From: Clostridia bacterium
GTDB taxonomy: Bacteria; Bacillota; Clostridia; Monoglobales; Monoglobaceae
Direction of reading: 5' to 3'
Assembly: GCA_045592585.1 (NCBI GenBank)
Contig: JAZNVB010000026.1
Location: forward strand, 7,849 to 71,848
DNA: 64,000 nt
Part shown: piece by piece, positions 54,861 through 64,000 of the stretch
Numbering within the stretch: the first letter of the stretch is position 1
Layout: every line of letters begins with the position of its first letter
Made by a program: the position numbers and the translations under genes
Notes under the pieces: model-generated
The model's input: the letters and a program-made list of their open reading frames with translations, nothing else
What the model was told of the DNA's origin: nothing
Databases searched by the model: none

Positions 54861-57338
54861 ATGTTACCAAAAATCCAAAAGGGTCAAAATCTTGATATAA
54901 AACATTTTCCGACCAAATTTCAGGCGTTGATTTTTAGATTGTGGGAGTGTGTTCCTGCAAAACGGCTTGCCGAGGTTTTGAAAACCGACGAGAATACAGT
55001 GGAACAACTTGCCGCTGATATGGGGCTGGGCAAACAGAAATGGCTTGATGACTGGATGACAAGGGGATATATTTCTATATTAAGACACGCATGGAATATT
55101 TTGCCGTACAGCCAGCTGTGTCAGCTTCTTGACTGGAGCGAAGAACGGCTTGATTATATCCTTAAAGAGGATGATTTTCTTGGTATCAAGCTTGCAGGAT
55201 GGAATCTTGCAAGAACAGATTGCGGTGAAGTTGTATACCGACCTCTTACCGATGAAGAAAAAAAGAGAACGGCAGAGATCAAGAATGTAATTGAAAAAGA
55301 AATTCTTAGCATTGATGCATCAAAGGCAGAGCCGCCATTTAGCTTTTTTGCCGACCGTTATGCTCCCATAACAACCAAAAAGAGCCGACAGGTGACCGTA
55401 GATGACAGTTGGGAGATAAAGTGCAATTGCCGTGGTGCTGAAGATTTCGTTAAGGACTTTGTTGACGAGGCAAGGCGTGTTTACGGAGTGGAATTTAACG
55501 GCGGCAGCGGAAGATATATCGAAATCTGTATGACTGCAAAAACCGATGATGAGGAATATCACGAGATAGATATAACCGACAGCAAAATTATTATCAATGC
55601 GGCAACTCCATTGGGAATAATGCGTGCACTTTATTTTATTCTTGACCTTGCCAATGGTAGTGGAGCACTTAGCTTTGATAAAAAGAAATATAAAAGAAAG
55701 ACCAAAATTAAAACACGTTTTATCTATTCGTTCTGTGGTTTGTATGGTGACGTTCTTGATAAGGATAGCTCCATTTCGTTCCCCGACGAACTTCTTCGGG
55801 GATATGCAAGGCAGGGGATAAATGGTGTGTGGATTCAGGGTGTATTCTTTAAACTTGCGCCTTATTCCTTTGCTCCTGAAAAGTGTGAAGGCTGGAAGGC
55901 TCGCCTTGAAAATCTTGACAAGCTGACCAGGCGTTGTGCACGTTATGGAATTAAGGTTTATATGTACATAAACGAGCCACGCAATCTTGATATGGCGTTC
56001 TTTGAAAAAAATCCCGAACTTAAAGGAACAGAACAGTTGGGCGGTTATGCTTGCCTGTGCAGTTCTCACCCCGAAACCCATAAGTATCTCAGGGAAACGA
56101 TACAGACAATATGCAAAAGTGCCCCACTTTTGGGCGGATTTTTAAACATTACCCAAAGCGAAAACTTAACTCTTTGTTATTCAAATGGCGTACAGGGCAC
56201 CGAGGACTTTAAGGAAGAAGGTTTTTGTCCTGTATGTGGCAAACGCAAAGGGTCTGAGGTTACAGCCGAAGTGCTGAAGGTTATGGCAGATGCCGCATCG
56301 GATGTGAACCCTGATATTAAATTTTTTGTTTATGCATGGGTATGGGGAAGGCATTTTGCAGACCAGCTTGAGGATTTGATAAGCAGATTGCCTAAGAATG
56401 TGATAATAACTCAGGTAAGCGAAACCGGAATAGAATTTAATCGTGGCGGAATTGACAATAAGGTGGACGATTATTCGCTGTCTATTGTTGGGCCGGGTCA
56501 GGCGGCAAAGGACCTTTGGTCTGTGGCACGCAAGCATGGGCTTCAGGTTGCGGCAAAGGTGCAGATAAATAATTCGTGGGAATGTTCAACAGCGCCATTT
56601 TTGCCAGTATACGAAAATGTTACCGAGCATATGAAGAATCTGATTGATGCAGGAATTGAACATATTATGCTTTCCTGGACTTTGGGTGGATATGTTTCGG
56701 ACAATATCAAAATTGCATCGGCGTATTTTTTTGAGGATACAGAAAACAGCGACAACCCATACGATGTGGTTCTTGAAAATTCTTATGGTGAATATGCCCA
56801 CAAGGTAAAGTCAGCAGCAAAACATTTTTGCAAGGGTTTTTCGGAATACCCCTTTGATTGGAAGCATATATATGACGGGCCTTCAAATTCAGGCGCTGCA
56901 AACATTATATACCCTCAGCCAACCGGTATAAATGCAACAATGACCTGTTATCCCTATGATGACCTTAAGGCTTGGTGTGCAGGTGTGTATACCCCCGAAA
57001 TTCTTGAAATGCAGTATGCAAAGCTGTGTGCCGAGTGGGAAAAAGGACTTGGGGTGCTTGCAGATGTGCCTGATTGCGAGTTTAAGGATATGGCGGTGTA
57101 TGGATATACACTCTTTAAAGCATCCCTTAATCAGATAAGATACTATATGCTCCGTGACGGCAAGCCGGATAAAAGTGAGATGGACAAGCTTGTGCAGTCA
57201 GACAAGGAGTTGGCACTTATGGCATACAAAATTATGCTCCGCAACAGCTCGGTTGGTTATGAAGCGGCAAATCATTATTATGTGACAAGAACATCTTTTA
57301 TGGAGAAGGTTGTCAACTGCGATTATTTATTAAAATAA
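54861..57338 (+). CDS. Large uncharacterised protein (825 aa), possibly glycoside-hydrolase-like TIM barrel
   Basis: Clean ORF with a GGAGG SD. Central segments (GINGVWIQGVFF, IKVYMYINEPR) are reminiscent of (beta/alpha)8 glycosidases. No family recognised with confidence. Confidence 0.5.
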   Translation: MLPKIQKGQNLDIKHFPTKFQALIFRLWECVPAKRLAEVLKTDENTVEQLAADMGLGKQKWLDDWMTRGYISILRHAWNILPYSQLCQLLDWSEERLDYILKEDDFLGIKLAGWNLARTDCGEVVYRPLTDEEKKRTAEIKNVIEKEILSIDASKAEPPFSFFADRYAPITTKKSRQVTVDDSWEIKCNCRGAEDFVKDFVDEARRVYGVEFNGGSGRYIEICMTAKTDDEEYHEIDITDSKIIINAATPLGIMRALYFILDLANGSGALSFDKKKYKRKTKIKTRFIYSFCGLYGDVLDKDSSISFPDELLRGYARQGINGVWIQGVFFKLAPYSFAPEKCEGWKARLENLDKLTRRCARYGIKVYMYINEPRNLDMAFFEKNPELKGTEQLGGYACLCSSHPETHKYLRETIQTICKSAPLLGGFLNITQSENLTLCYSNGVQGTEDFKEEGFCPVCGKRKGSEVTAEVLKVMADAASDVNPDIKFFVYAWVWGRHFADQLEDLISRLPKNVIITQVSETGIEFNRGGIDNKVDDYSLSIVGPGQAAKDLWSVARKHGLQVAAKVQINNSWECSTAPFLPVYENVTEHMKNLIDAGIEHIMLSWTLGGYVSDNIKIASAYFFEDTENSDNPYDVVLENSYGEYAHKVKSAAKHFCKGFSEYPFDWKHIYDGPSNSGAANIIYPQPTGINATMTCYPYDDLKAWCAGVYTPEILEMQYAKLCAEWEKGLGVLADVPDCEFKDMAVYGYTLFKASLNQIRYYMLRDGKPDKSEMDKLVQSDKELALMAYKIMLRNSSVGYEAANHYYVTRTSFMEKVVNCDYLLK

Positions 57339-57346
57339 AATCAATT

Positions 57347-57374
57347 AAGGTCATAGTTTTGCTATGACCTTTTT
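57347..57374 (+). terminator. Intrinsic terminator
   Basis: AAGGTCATAG-ttttg-CTATGACCTT followed by TTT. Confidence 0.8.
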
Positions 57375-57409
57375 GCTTGCAAAAAAATAAACAAATTTTG
57401 CAAAAGTAC

Positions 57410-57438
57410 TTGATTATTTTGCTATTATTATGTATAAT
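57410..57438 (+). promoter_or_regulatory. Candidate sigma-A promoter (TTGATT-17-TATAAT) for the pot operon
   Basis: Hexamers at 57410-15 and 57433-38. Confidence 0.5.
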
Positions 57439-57500
57439 AGCATTTGTTTTATAATGTTAAAACAAAAGTTTTGTAATACTAAATTTCAGGGGTGATTTCT

Positions 57501-58034
57501 GTGGATATAGGAAAAAAGCTGAAACGCCTGCGTATCAAGCATCAACTGACACTTGAGGAGCTTGCAAACAGAAGTGAGCTTTCAAAGGGGTTTTTGTCGC
57601 AGCTTGAGAATAATAACTGTTCTCCGTCAATTTCCACGTTAGAGGATTTGCTGGAAGTTCTGGGGTCGTCGCTTCAGGATTTCTTTTCGGAAAAATCAGA
57701 GGAAGCAATTGTCTTTTCCGAAAAGGATTATTATGTGAACGAGCAGGAGGAATATAAGATTGAATATCTTGTGCCCAACGCCCAGAAGAATGCTATGGAA
57801 CCCCTGAAAATTGAAATCTTTCCCGGCGGAAAATCCCAGGAAATAACTCCGCACGAGGGCGAGGATTTTGGTTTTGTTCTCAGCGGCTGTGCCGACCTGA
57901 TTTACGGTGGCGAAAAGCACCATCTGAAAAAAGGTGACACTTTTTATGTTGGATGCAATGAAAATTACTATATTGAAAACAACGGTAAACGGAATTGTGA
58001 GCTGATATGGATATCAACTCCGCCATTCTTTTAA
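57501..58034 (+). CDS. XRE-HTH plus cupin transcriptional regulator (PuuR-like)
   Basis: N-terminal HTH (LKRLRIKHQLTLEELANRSELSKGFLSQLE) and a C-terminal cupin (HEGEDFGFVLSG...GDTFYV). GTG 57501 is preferred over the track start at 57492. Confidence 0.8.
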   Translation: MDIGKKLKRLRIKHQLTLEELANRSELSKGFLSQLENNNCSPSISTLEDLLEVLGSSLQDFFSEKSEEAIVFSEKDYYVNEQEEYKIEYLVPNAQKNAMEPLKIEIFPGGKSQEITPHEGEDFGFVLSGCADLIYGGEKHHLKKGDTFYVGCNENYYIENNGKRNCELIWISTPPFF

Positions 58035-58046
58035 GGAGGGAAAATA

Positions 58047-59084
58047 TTGAACACTTTAATTGAACTTAAAAACATCACAAAAACCTTTGATGACCAGCAG
58101 ATTTTAAAGGGCATCAACCTTAAAATCAACGAGAAGGAATTTTTAACCCTTCTTGGTCCTTCAGGTTGCGGTAAGACAACAACATTGAGAATAATTGCGG
58201 GCTTTGACGAAGCCGATGACGGAGAAATCCTCTTTGACGGCATTGAAATTTCAAAGTTGCCTCCTTATAAGCGCGAGGTAAACACGGTGTTCCAGAAGTA
58301 TGCTCTGTTTCCGCACCTTAATGTTTTTGATAATATTGCCTTTGGCCTTAACATAAAAAAGACGGACAAGTCGGTTGTTAAGCAAGAGGTTGAAAAGATG
58401 CTTAAGCTGGTTGGACTTTCGGGATATGAAAAACGTGATGTAACTTCATTGTCGGGCGGCCAGCAGCAGCGAGTGGCTATTGCCCGGGCACTTATCAACA
58501 AACCCAAGGTTCTTTTACTTGACGAGCCTTTGGGTGCTCTTGATGCCAAGCTTCGCAAGGAAATGCAGTTTGAGCTGAAAAAAATTCAGCAGGAGGTAGG
58601 CATCACTTTTATATATGTAACTCACGATCAGGAAGAGGCGTTGTCCATGTCTGATACTGTGGTTGTTATGAACGACGGCTACATTCAGCAGATTGGAACT
58701 CCAACAGATGTATACAACGAGCCTGAAAACCGCTTTGTTGCACAGTTTATAGGCGAGTCAAATATTATCGAGGGTATTATGATTCGCGACTGTCTTGTTG
58801 CCTTTGACGATTTTGAATTTGAGTGTGTTGACAAGGGTTTTAAGGACAACGAGGAAATTGAAGTTGTTCTCCGCCCCGAGGATATTGATATTGTAGAGCC
58901 TGATGCGGCAAAGCTCAGGGGAACGGTTGCAAGCATTGTGTTTAAGGGTGTTCATTATGAAATAATGGTGCAGTCAAAGTATCGTCAGTATATGATACAT
59001 ACAACCGATTATCATCCCGTTGGTAAGGATGTGGGTCTGACCTTCGGGCCCGAGGATATTCACGTTATGTGGAAGATGAACTGA
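58047..59084 (+). CDS. potA: Spermidine/putrescine ABC transporter ATP-binding protein
   Basis: [24 protein letters not shown], and a C-terminal TOBE-like domain. Confidence 0.9.
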   Translation: MNTLIELKNITKTFDDQQILKGINLKINEKEFLTLLGPSGCGKTTTLRIIAGFDEADDGEILFDGIEISKLPPYKREVNTVFQKYALFPHLNVFDNIAFGLNIKKTDKSVVKQEVEKMLKLVGLSGYEKRDVTSLSGGQQQRVAIARALINKPKVLLLDEPLGALDAKLRKEMQFELKKIQQEVGITFIYVTHDQEEALSMSDTVVVMNDGYIQQIGTPTDVYNEPENRFVAQFIGESNIIEGIMIRDCLVAFDDFEFECVDKGFKDNEEIEVVLRPEDIDIVEPDAAKLRGTVASIVFKGVHYEIMVQSKYRQYMIHTTDYHPVGKDVGLTFGPEDIHVMWKMN

Positions 59085-59101
59085 TTTGAAAGGATAAGGC
59101 T

Positions 59102-59875
59102 ATGAAATACTTTAAAAATCTGGTAAGACCGTATATGGTGTGGTCGGTTATAGTTATTCTTGTTCCGATTTTTATGATATTTTTATATGCTGTGACAAAC
59201 AGCGGTAACTCTCTTATAAATATACAGTTTACCCTTGACAATTTTGGAAAGTTTGTGGAGCCTGTGTATCTTGAAGTATTTATAAGCTCCATAGAAATGG
59301 GTCTTATTACTGTGGCAATATGTCTGGTGCTTGGCTATACCATGGCTTACATAATTTCAAGGTGCAAAGAACGGACCCAAAGCATTTTGATACTTCTGGT
59401 AACAATCCCTATGTGGATAAATATGATCATCAGAATTTATGCGTGGAAGAGCATTTTAGAGCCTTTAGGGCTTATGTATACCGATTTTGCCGTTATGGTT
59501 GGGCAGATTTGCGAATTTTTACCTTTTATGATTATTCCCATTCACACATCCCTCAGCAAAATGGACAAGTCGTTTGTTGAGGCGGCGTATGACCTGGGGG
59601 CAAACCCTGTACAGACCTTTTTTAAGGTAACATTCAAACTGTCAATACCCGGCGTTTTAAACGGTGTTATTATGGTATTCCTTTTGTCCATTTCAACCTT
59701 TATGATTCCCAAGATACTGGGCGGAGGTCAATATATGCTTATCGGTAACCTGATTGAAAAACAGTTTATCGAGGTGGGCGACTGGAACTTCGGCAGCGCT
59801 GTATCCCTTTTGCTTGCTGTAATAATTCTTTTCTCAATCAGATGGATGAAGAAGATTGAAAAAGACGAAAACTGA
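59102..59875 (+). CDS. potB: Spermidine/putrescine ABC transporter permease PotB
   Basis: BPD-transporter inner-membrane EAA loop (VEAAYDLGANPVQTFFKV). Confidence 0.88.
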   Translation: MKYFKNLVRPYMVWSVIVILVPIFMIFLYAVTNSGNSLINIQFTLDNFGKFVEPVYLEVFISSIEMGLITVAICLVLGYTMAYIISRCKERTQSILILLVTIPMWINMIIRIYAWKSILEPLGLMYTDFAVMVGQICEFLPFMIIPIHTSLSKMDKSFVEAAYDLGANPVQTFFKVTFKLSIPGVLNGVIMVFLLSISTFMIPKILGGGQYMLIGNLIEKQFIEVGDWNFGSAVSLLLAVIILFSIRWMKKIEKDEN

Positions 59876-59908
59876 TATTGAATGATTTTATAAAAAGGAG
59901 GTTGTGCG

Positions 59909-61762
59909 TTGAAAAAACTAGCACGTATTTCATCGGGATTTTATGTGGCACTGTGCTTTGCGTTCTTTTATGTGCCCATTATTATAACAATGATATTTTC
60001 CTTTAATTCGTCACGTTCCTTTGCCAAGTTCACGGGTTTTTCACTTCAATGGTACGAGGCGCTGATTAACGATTCTGAAATTATGTCGGCGGTGTGGATT
60101 TCTGTTTCGGTTGCGGTTCTGGCAACAGTGATTTCCACAGTATTGGGCACAATTACGGCAATCGGGCTTTCAAAAAGCCGCAGGATGATTAAGGAATGGA
60201 TTTTAAACATTAACAACATTCCCATTATGAACCCCGACATTGTTACCGCAATCGGTCTGATGATACTGTTTACTGCGGTGAAGATAGAAAAGGGTTATGT
60301 AACAATGCTTCTTGCTCATATTTGCTTTTGTACGCCCTATGTAATAACCTCGGTATACCCCAAAATCCGTGAGCTTGACGTAAATATTGCCAATGCTGCA
60401 ATGGATTTGGGTGCAACACCTTTTCAGGCACTTACCAAGGTTATTGTGCCAATGATAAAGCCGGGAATTGTGGCAGGTATGCTTCTTGCGTTTACCATGT
60501 CAATTGATGATTTTGTGGTTTCGTATTTTGTAAGCGGAAACGGTGTTGAAAATATATCAATGATTGTGTATAATGCCACAAAACGTATCAACCCCACAAT
60601 CAATGCTCTGTCTACAATAGTTATACTTGTTATTGTAATAGGCGTTGCGGTTGTAAAGCTGGCACCGGGCGGAAAGATTAAAAGCCTTCTGTCAAATCTC
60701 AGCGACAAAAACAGACGCAGAATCAAAACTGCAGGAATTATTGCATTGTGTGTTTTGGTGGGATTTGCTGTATTTGGAATGAAGAACAAAAAACCTGTTT
60801 TAAAGGTATATAATGCAGGCGAATACATAGATGACAGTCTTATTACCGTCTTTGAGGAGGAATATGGCTGCAGGGTTATATACGAAACATTTGATTCAAA
60901 TGAGTCAATGTATACCAAGGTAATGAGTGGCGAAAAATATGACATCATTATCCCCTCTGACTATATGATTGAACGTCTTGCCAAGGAGGAGTTGATTCAG
61001 GAGATTGATAAGTCAAAGCTGACAAATCTTGATGGAATAATCCCATCAATTCTTGACCGTCCCTTTGACCCTGAAAACAAGTATTCAATTCCTTATTTCT
61101 GGGGCAATGTGGGTATACTATATGACGAAACGGTTGTTGACAAGGCAGACCTTAATGACGGTTGGGAACTGCTTAGAAACCCCAGATACAAGAATAACAT
61201 TTATATGTATGATTCTGAACGTGATTCTTTTATGATTGCGTTAAAAGCATTGGGATATTCCCTTAACACAGCCGACAGGAATGAAATTGATGCGGCATAT
61301 CGCTGGCTTGTGGAGCAGAAGGATATTATGAATCCCATTTATGTTGGTGATGATGTTATTGACAGTATGATTACCGGCAGCAAGGCTGTGGCGATTGTAT
61401 ATTCAGGTGATGCGGCATATATTATGTCCGAGAACGAAAATATGCGGTTTTTCACTCCGGACAAAGGAACAAATCTGTGGATTGATGGTATGGTTATAAC
61501 AAATGAATGTACAAATACCTACCTTGCCCACAAGTGGATTGATTTTATGTTAAGGCCTGAGAATGCGATGGCAAATTCCGAGGCTGTTGGATATTCGTCA
61601 CCGGTGGAAAGTGCCTTTGAGGAGGTCCGTGACACGGTTTATGAAGGAAATGAAGCATATGTGCCACGGCAGGATAACAGCAATGACGAATATTTCAGGT
61701 ATCAGGACCCTGCAACAAAGAAGTATTATGCAGAGATGTGGACAAAAGTAAAGTCCCAGTAG
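59909..61762 (+). CDS. Fused PotC-type permease and PotD-type periplasmic binding protein
   Basis: Residues about 1-265 form a permease (NAAMDLGATPFQAL EAA loop). An extra TM segment follows (TAGIIALCVLVGFAVFG). After that comes an SBP domain (VYNAGEYIDDSL...IIPSDYMIERL...IPYFWG). Confidence 0.85.
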   Translation: MKKLARISSGFYVALCFAFFYVPIIITMIFSFNSSRSFAKFTGFSLQWYEALINDSEIMSAVWISVSVAVLATVISTVLGTITAIGLSKSRRMIKEWILNINNIPIMNPDIVTAIGLMILFTAVKIEKGYVTMLLAHICFCTPYVITSVYPKIRELDVNIANAAMDLGATPFQALTKVIVPMIKPGIVAGMLLAFTMSIDDFVVSYFVSGNGVENISMIVYNATKRINPTINALSTIVILVIVIGVAVVKLAPGGKIKSLLSNLSDKNRRRIKTAGIIALCVLVGFAVFGMKNKKPVLKVYNAGEYIDDSLITVFEEEYGCRVIYETFDSNESMYTKVMSGEKYDIIIPSDYMIERLAKEELIQEIDKSKLTNLDGIIPSILDRPFDPENKYSIPYFWGNVGILYDETVVDKADLNDGWELLRNPRYKNNIYMYDSERDSFMIALKALGYSLNTADRNEIDAAYRWLVEQKDIMNPIYVGDDVIDSMITGSKAVAIVYSGDAAYIMSENENMRFFTPDKGTNLWIDGMVITNECTNTYLAHKWIDFMLRPENAMANSEAVGYSSPVESAFEEVRDTVYEGNEAYVPRQDNSNDEYFRYQDPATKKYYAEMWTKVKSQ

Positions 61763-61814
61763 AAGTCTGATAAAAATCGCTTATCTTATCACTTTTTGCT
61801 TGGGGCAAGAGGTC

Positions 61815-61958
61815 GAAAAACGGTGTTTTTCTGTGATTGCCGGCACTCTCGTGCCTAAATCCCACCTAAAAACAATTCACCGGATTGTTTTTTACGGTGT
61901 GACACTCGCTGCAAAGCGGAAATCTAAATGATTTTTTCAGACTGGATTGGAGAAAAAT
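61815..61958 (+). ncRNA. Possible highly diverged member of the cassette family upstream of pth (unit E, tentative)
   Basis: - Same order of parts as the other units.
- Hairpin: GAAAAAC/GTTTTTC 61815-31.
- Linker: tgtGATTGCC.
- Hairpin: GGCAC/GTGCC 61842-55.
- AATCC 61858-62 is complementary to GGATT 61944-48 next to SD GGAG 61949-52.
- Hairpin: AAACAAT/ATTGTTT 61870-90.
- Hairpin loop CACCG 61878-82 is complementary to CGGTG 61895-99.
- Primary-sequence similarity is weak. Confidence 0.3.
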
Positions 61959-62522
61959 ATGTATATAATAGCAGGATTGGGAAATCCCGGAAAGAAATAT
62001 GTAAACAGCCGCCACAACATTGGCTTTGATGCGTTGGATGCGGTTGCGGCAAAATACAATATTGATATAAAAAAGGTTAAATTCAATGGTATTTACGGCG
62101 AGGGCACAATCGGTGGCGAGAAGGTTGTTCTTGTGAAGCCCCAGACCTTTATGAACCTTAGCGGCGAATGTATCAGAGATTTTAAAAACTGGTATAAGGT
62201 TGAAAATGACCAAATAATAATAATCTATGACGATGTTTCCCTGCCCCTTGGAAAAATGCGTATCCGTCCCAAGGGCAGTGCAGGCGGCCATAACGGAATA
62301 AAAAGTATTATCTACCAGACCGGCTCGGAGGTATTCCCCCGAATAAAAATCGGCGTGGGCAGTCCGGAAAATCCGGACTTTGATTTGGCGGATTATGTTC
62401 TTGGCCATTTCAGCAAAAAGGAAATAGAGGTGCTTGTTCCCGTGGCGGTAAAGGCTGCAGAGGCCGTGGGTGAAATTATTAAAAACGGCACCGAAAAGGC
62501 AATGTCGGCGTATAACGGATAA
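61959..62522 (+). CDS. pth: Peptidyl-tRNA hydrolase
   Basis: MYIIAGLGNPG..., RHNIGF, GGHNGIKS. ATG 61959 follows GGAG. Confidence 0.95.
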   Translation: MYIIAGLGNPGKKYVNSRHNIGFDALDAVAAKYNIDIKKVKFNGIYGEGTIGGEKVVLVKPQTFMNLSGECIRDFKNWYKVENDQIIIIYDDVSLPLGKMRIRPKGSAGGHNGIKSIIYQTGSEVFPRIKIGVGSPENPDFDLADYVLGHFSKKEIEVLVPVAVKAAEAVGEIIKNGTEKAMSAYNG

Positions 62523-62566
62523 AAGTTATTTTAGCTGCAAAATTATATAAAATATATGGTGAGGCT

Positions 62567-64000
62567 ATGGATGGATTTCTGAAAATTTTAGAAAACTTAG
62601 CTGATTTTGAAGAGATAACAGGGGGGCTGAAAAGAAGTCAGTCCCCTATAAGTGTTATGGGTGTTTCTGATTCGGTAAGGGCACACCTTGTTTTTTGTAC
62701 GGCAAAGGCTATGGGCAAAAAGGCTCTGGTGATTGCGGCCAATCAGGCAAAGGCAAAAGAAATATATGAGGATTTAAAGTTCTTTTTTCAGGGCAAGGTG
62801 CTGTTCTTCCCCGAAAAAGATTTAGTGTTTTATGATATTGAGGCGGCGGCAAACGATATAAAGGCGCAACGTCTTGAAGTTCTTGACAGTTTATGCTGCG
62901 GGGGCGATCAGCTTTGCGTTGTTACAACCATGTCGGCGCTGATGAGTGCTACCGTCCCAAAAGAGTTATACAGAGAGAAGGCCCTTAACCTGGCGGTTGG
63001 TGACGAAATTGAGCTTGATGACCTTTGCAATATAATGGTGGATTTCGGCTATAAGCGCGAAGATATGGTTGAAGGCCCGGGGCAATTCAGCGTTCGTGGC
63101 GGAATATTTGATTTCTTTCCTTACTGGAGTGATATGGCGTTCCGTATAGAATTTTTTGATACCATGGTTGATTCTGTCAGGGAATTTCACGTCGAAACCC
63201 AGCGCACAGCATCGGGGGATGGAGTGAAATCTGCCCGGATAACCCCTGCAAGTGAACTTATTGCAGACAGTGACGTGCGTGAAAGATGTGTAAATGCATT
63301 GAATGATGAAGCGGCAAGGGTGTGCAGAAAAAAGGAACAGACCGAGGAAACCTTAAAACTGATTGGAAACCTTAAACGAGATGCCGAGAGAATAGAGCAG
63401 GGAATAGTGTTTCCCTCAAGAGATAAGTATATTCCATATTTGTATGCCGAGAAAATACCCACACTTCTTGATTATATCGGGGATGATTTTATTGTCTTTG
63501 CAGATGACCCTGCCGGTATTTCCGAGGCGGTAAAAATCGAAAAGGGCAGATTTGACGAAACCCTTAAAGATATGCTTGAACGTGGAATAATTCCCAAAAG
63601 CTCAATGAGGTACACGGGTGATTATTATGAGCATATAAAGACGATGTCACAGCATGGATTGGTGCTGGTGTCGGCACTTTCGCATTCAAATCCTGATATA
63701 AAACCCAAAAAGCTTGTCAGCTTTACGGCAAAAAGTTTAAACAGCTTTGGCGGTAAAATGGAGTTTTTCTATGATGCTCTTGATTTTTACAGAAAGAACA
63801 AATACCGAACAGTAATCCTTGCAGGCTCCGAGCGCCGTGCCGAAAATTTGTATACACAGCTCTGCGACGAAGAGATTTCCTGCACTCTGGTAAAGAGTTT
63901 TGATGATGTTCCCGAAACGGGCAAGATTATTGTTACACATGGCGGATTGCGCCGTGGCTTTGAATATCCACTTATCCAAACAGTTGTTATCAGCGATAAG
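62567..64000 (+). CDS. mfd: Transcription-repair coupling factor Mfd (N-terminal 478 codons, continues past the window end)
   Basis: The frame is open from ATG 62567 to the window edge (not in the ORF track because it has no stop). It has a UvrB-homology-like N-terminal region and the conserved position after pth. Confidence 0.85.
   Translation, partial: MDGFLKILENLADFEEITGGLKRSQSPISVMGVSDSVRAHLVFCTAKAMGKKALVIAANQAKAKEIYEDLKFFFQGKVLFFPEKDLVFYDIEAAANDIKAQRLEVLDSLCCGGDQLCVVTTMSALMSATVPKELYREKALNLAVGDEIELDDLCNIMVDFGYKREDMVEGPGQFSVRGGIFDFFPYWSDMAFRIEFFDTMVDSVREFHVETQRTASGDGVKSARITPASELIADSDVRERCVNALNDEAARVCRKKEQTEETLKLIGNLKRDAERIEQGIVFPSRDKYIPYLYAEKIPTLLDYIGDDFIVFADDPAGISEAVKIEKGRFDETLKDMLERGIIPKSSMRYTGDYYEHIKTMSQHGLVLVSALSHSNPDIKPKKLVSFTAKSLNSFGGKMEFFYDALDFYRKNKYRTVILAGSERRAENLYTQLCDEEISCTLVKSFDDVPETGKIIVTHGGLRRGFEYPLIQTVVISDK

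Noticed and set aside
55320-56081. 253 aa minus-strand ORF
   Set aside because: It is antisense to the long 825 aa plus-strand ORF, which has a proper SD and start, and its composition is atypical.
61866-62408. 180 aa minus-strand ORF
   Set aside because: It is antisense to pth, which has clear family motifs.

Overview
This 64 kb window looks like chromosome from a sporulating Firmicute of the Clostridia type, a guess based only on gene content: spoIIE, the ctsR-mcsA-mcsB-clpC operon, and the ylxM-ffh-rpsP-KH-rimM-trmD and nadD-yqeK-rsfS-leuS neighbourhoods. I saw no rRNA, tRNA, CRISPR array or transposase. The window opens with the tail of a prophage or prophage remnant (holin plus Amidase_2 endolysin) and then runs through mostly plus-strand housekeeping and transport operons. 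These include recD2, an LtaS-like sulfatase, eno, spoIIE, a DinJ/YafQ toxin-antitoxin pair, a LysR regulator, madLM, azlCD, M16 peptidases, lgt, nadE, an OPT transporter, ferritin, a GntR-ABC module, potABCD, pth and mfd.

The most unusual signal is not a protein. It is a family of roughly 165-190 nt intergenic cassettes, six clear units at four loci plus one divergent candidate. All sit on the plus strand, and each ends exactly at the Shine-Dalgarno (SD) and start codon of the downstream gene (cofE-like, azlD, rimM, rsfS, possibly pth). The copies share a multi-helix architecture:
- P1 hairpin.
- A three-part P2 hairpin with a conserved AT bulge.
- P3 hairpin whose loop forms a pseudoknot with the 3' tail.
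- A long-range helix that pairs with the downstream SD.

The sequences differ mainly by compensatory changes in the stems. That is what a selected RNA fold looks like, and it resembles a riboswitch, ribozyme or protein-binding leader. The cassettes also behave like a dispersed, tandemly duplicating repeat. I cannot assign them to a known family from memory, so a covariance-model search is needed.

Secondary observations:
- madM is split at a textbook A_AAA_AAG -1 slippery heptamer followed by a 10 bp hairpin.
- A perfect 12 bp inverted repeat brackets the recD2 promoter and start codon at the prophage junction.
- A multi-heptad CtsR operator array lies upstream of ctsR.
- A sensory-rhodopsin-transducer (ASRT) homologue occurs with no rhodopsin in the window.
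- PotC and PotD are fused into one protein.

All product calls rest on motif recognition by eye in the supplied translations. No database search was run.
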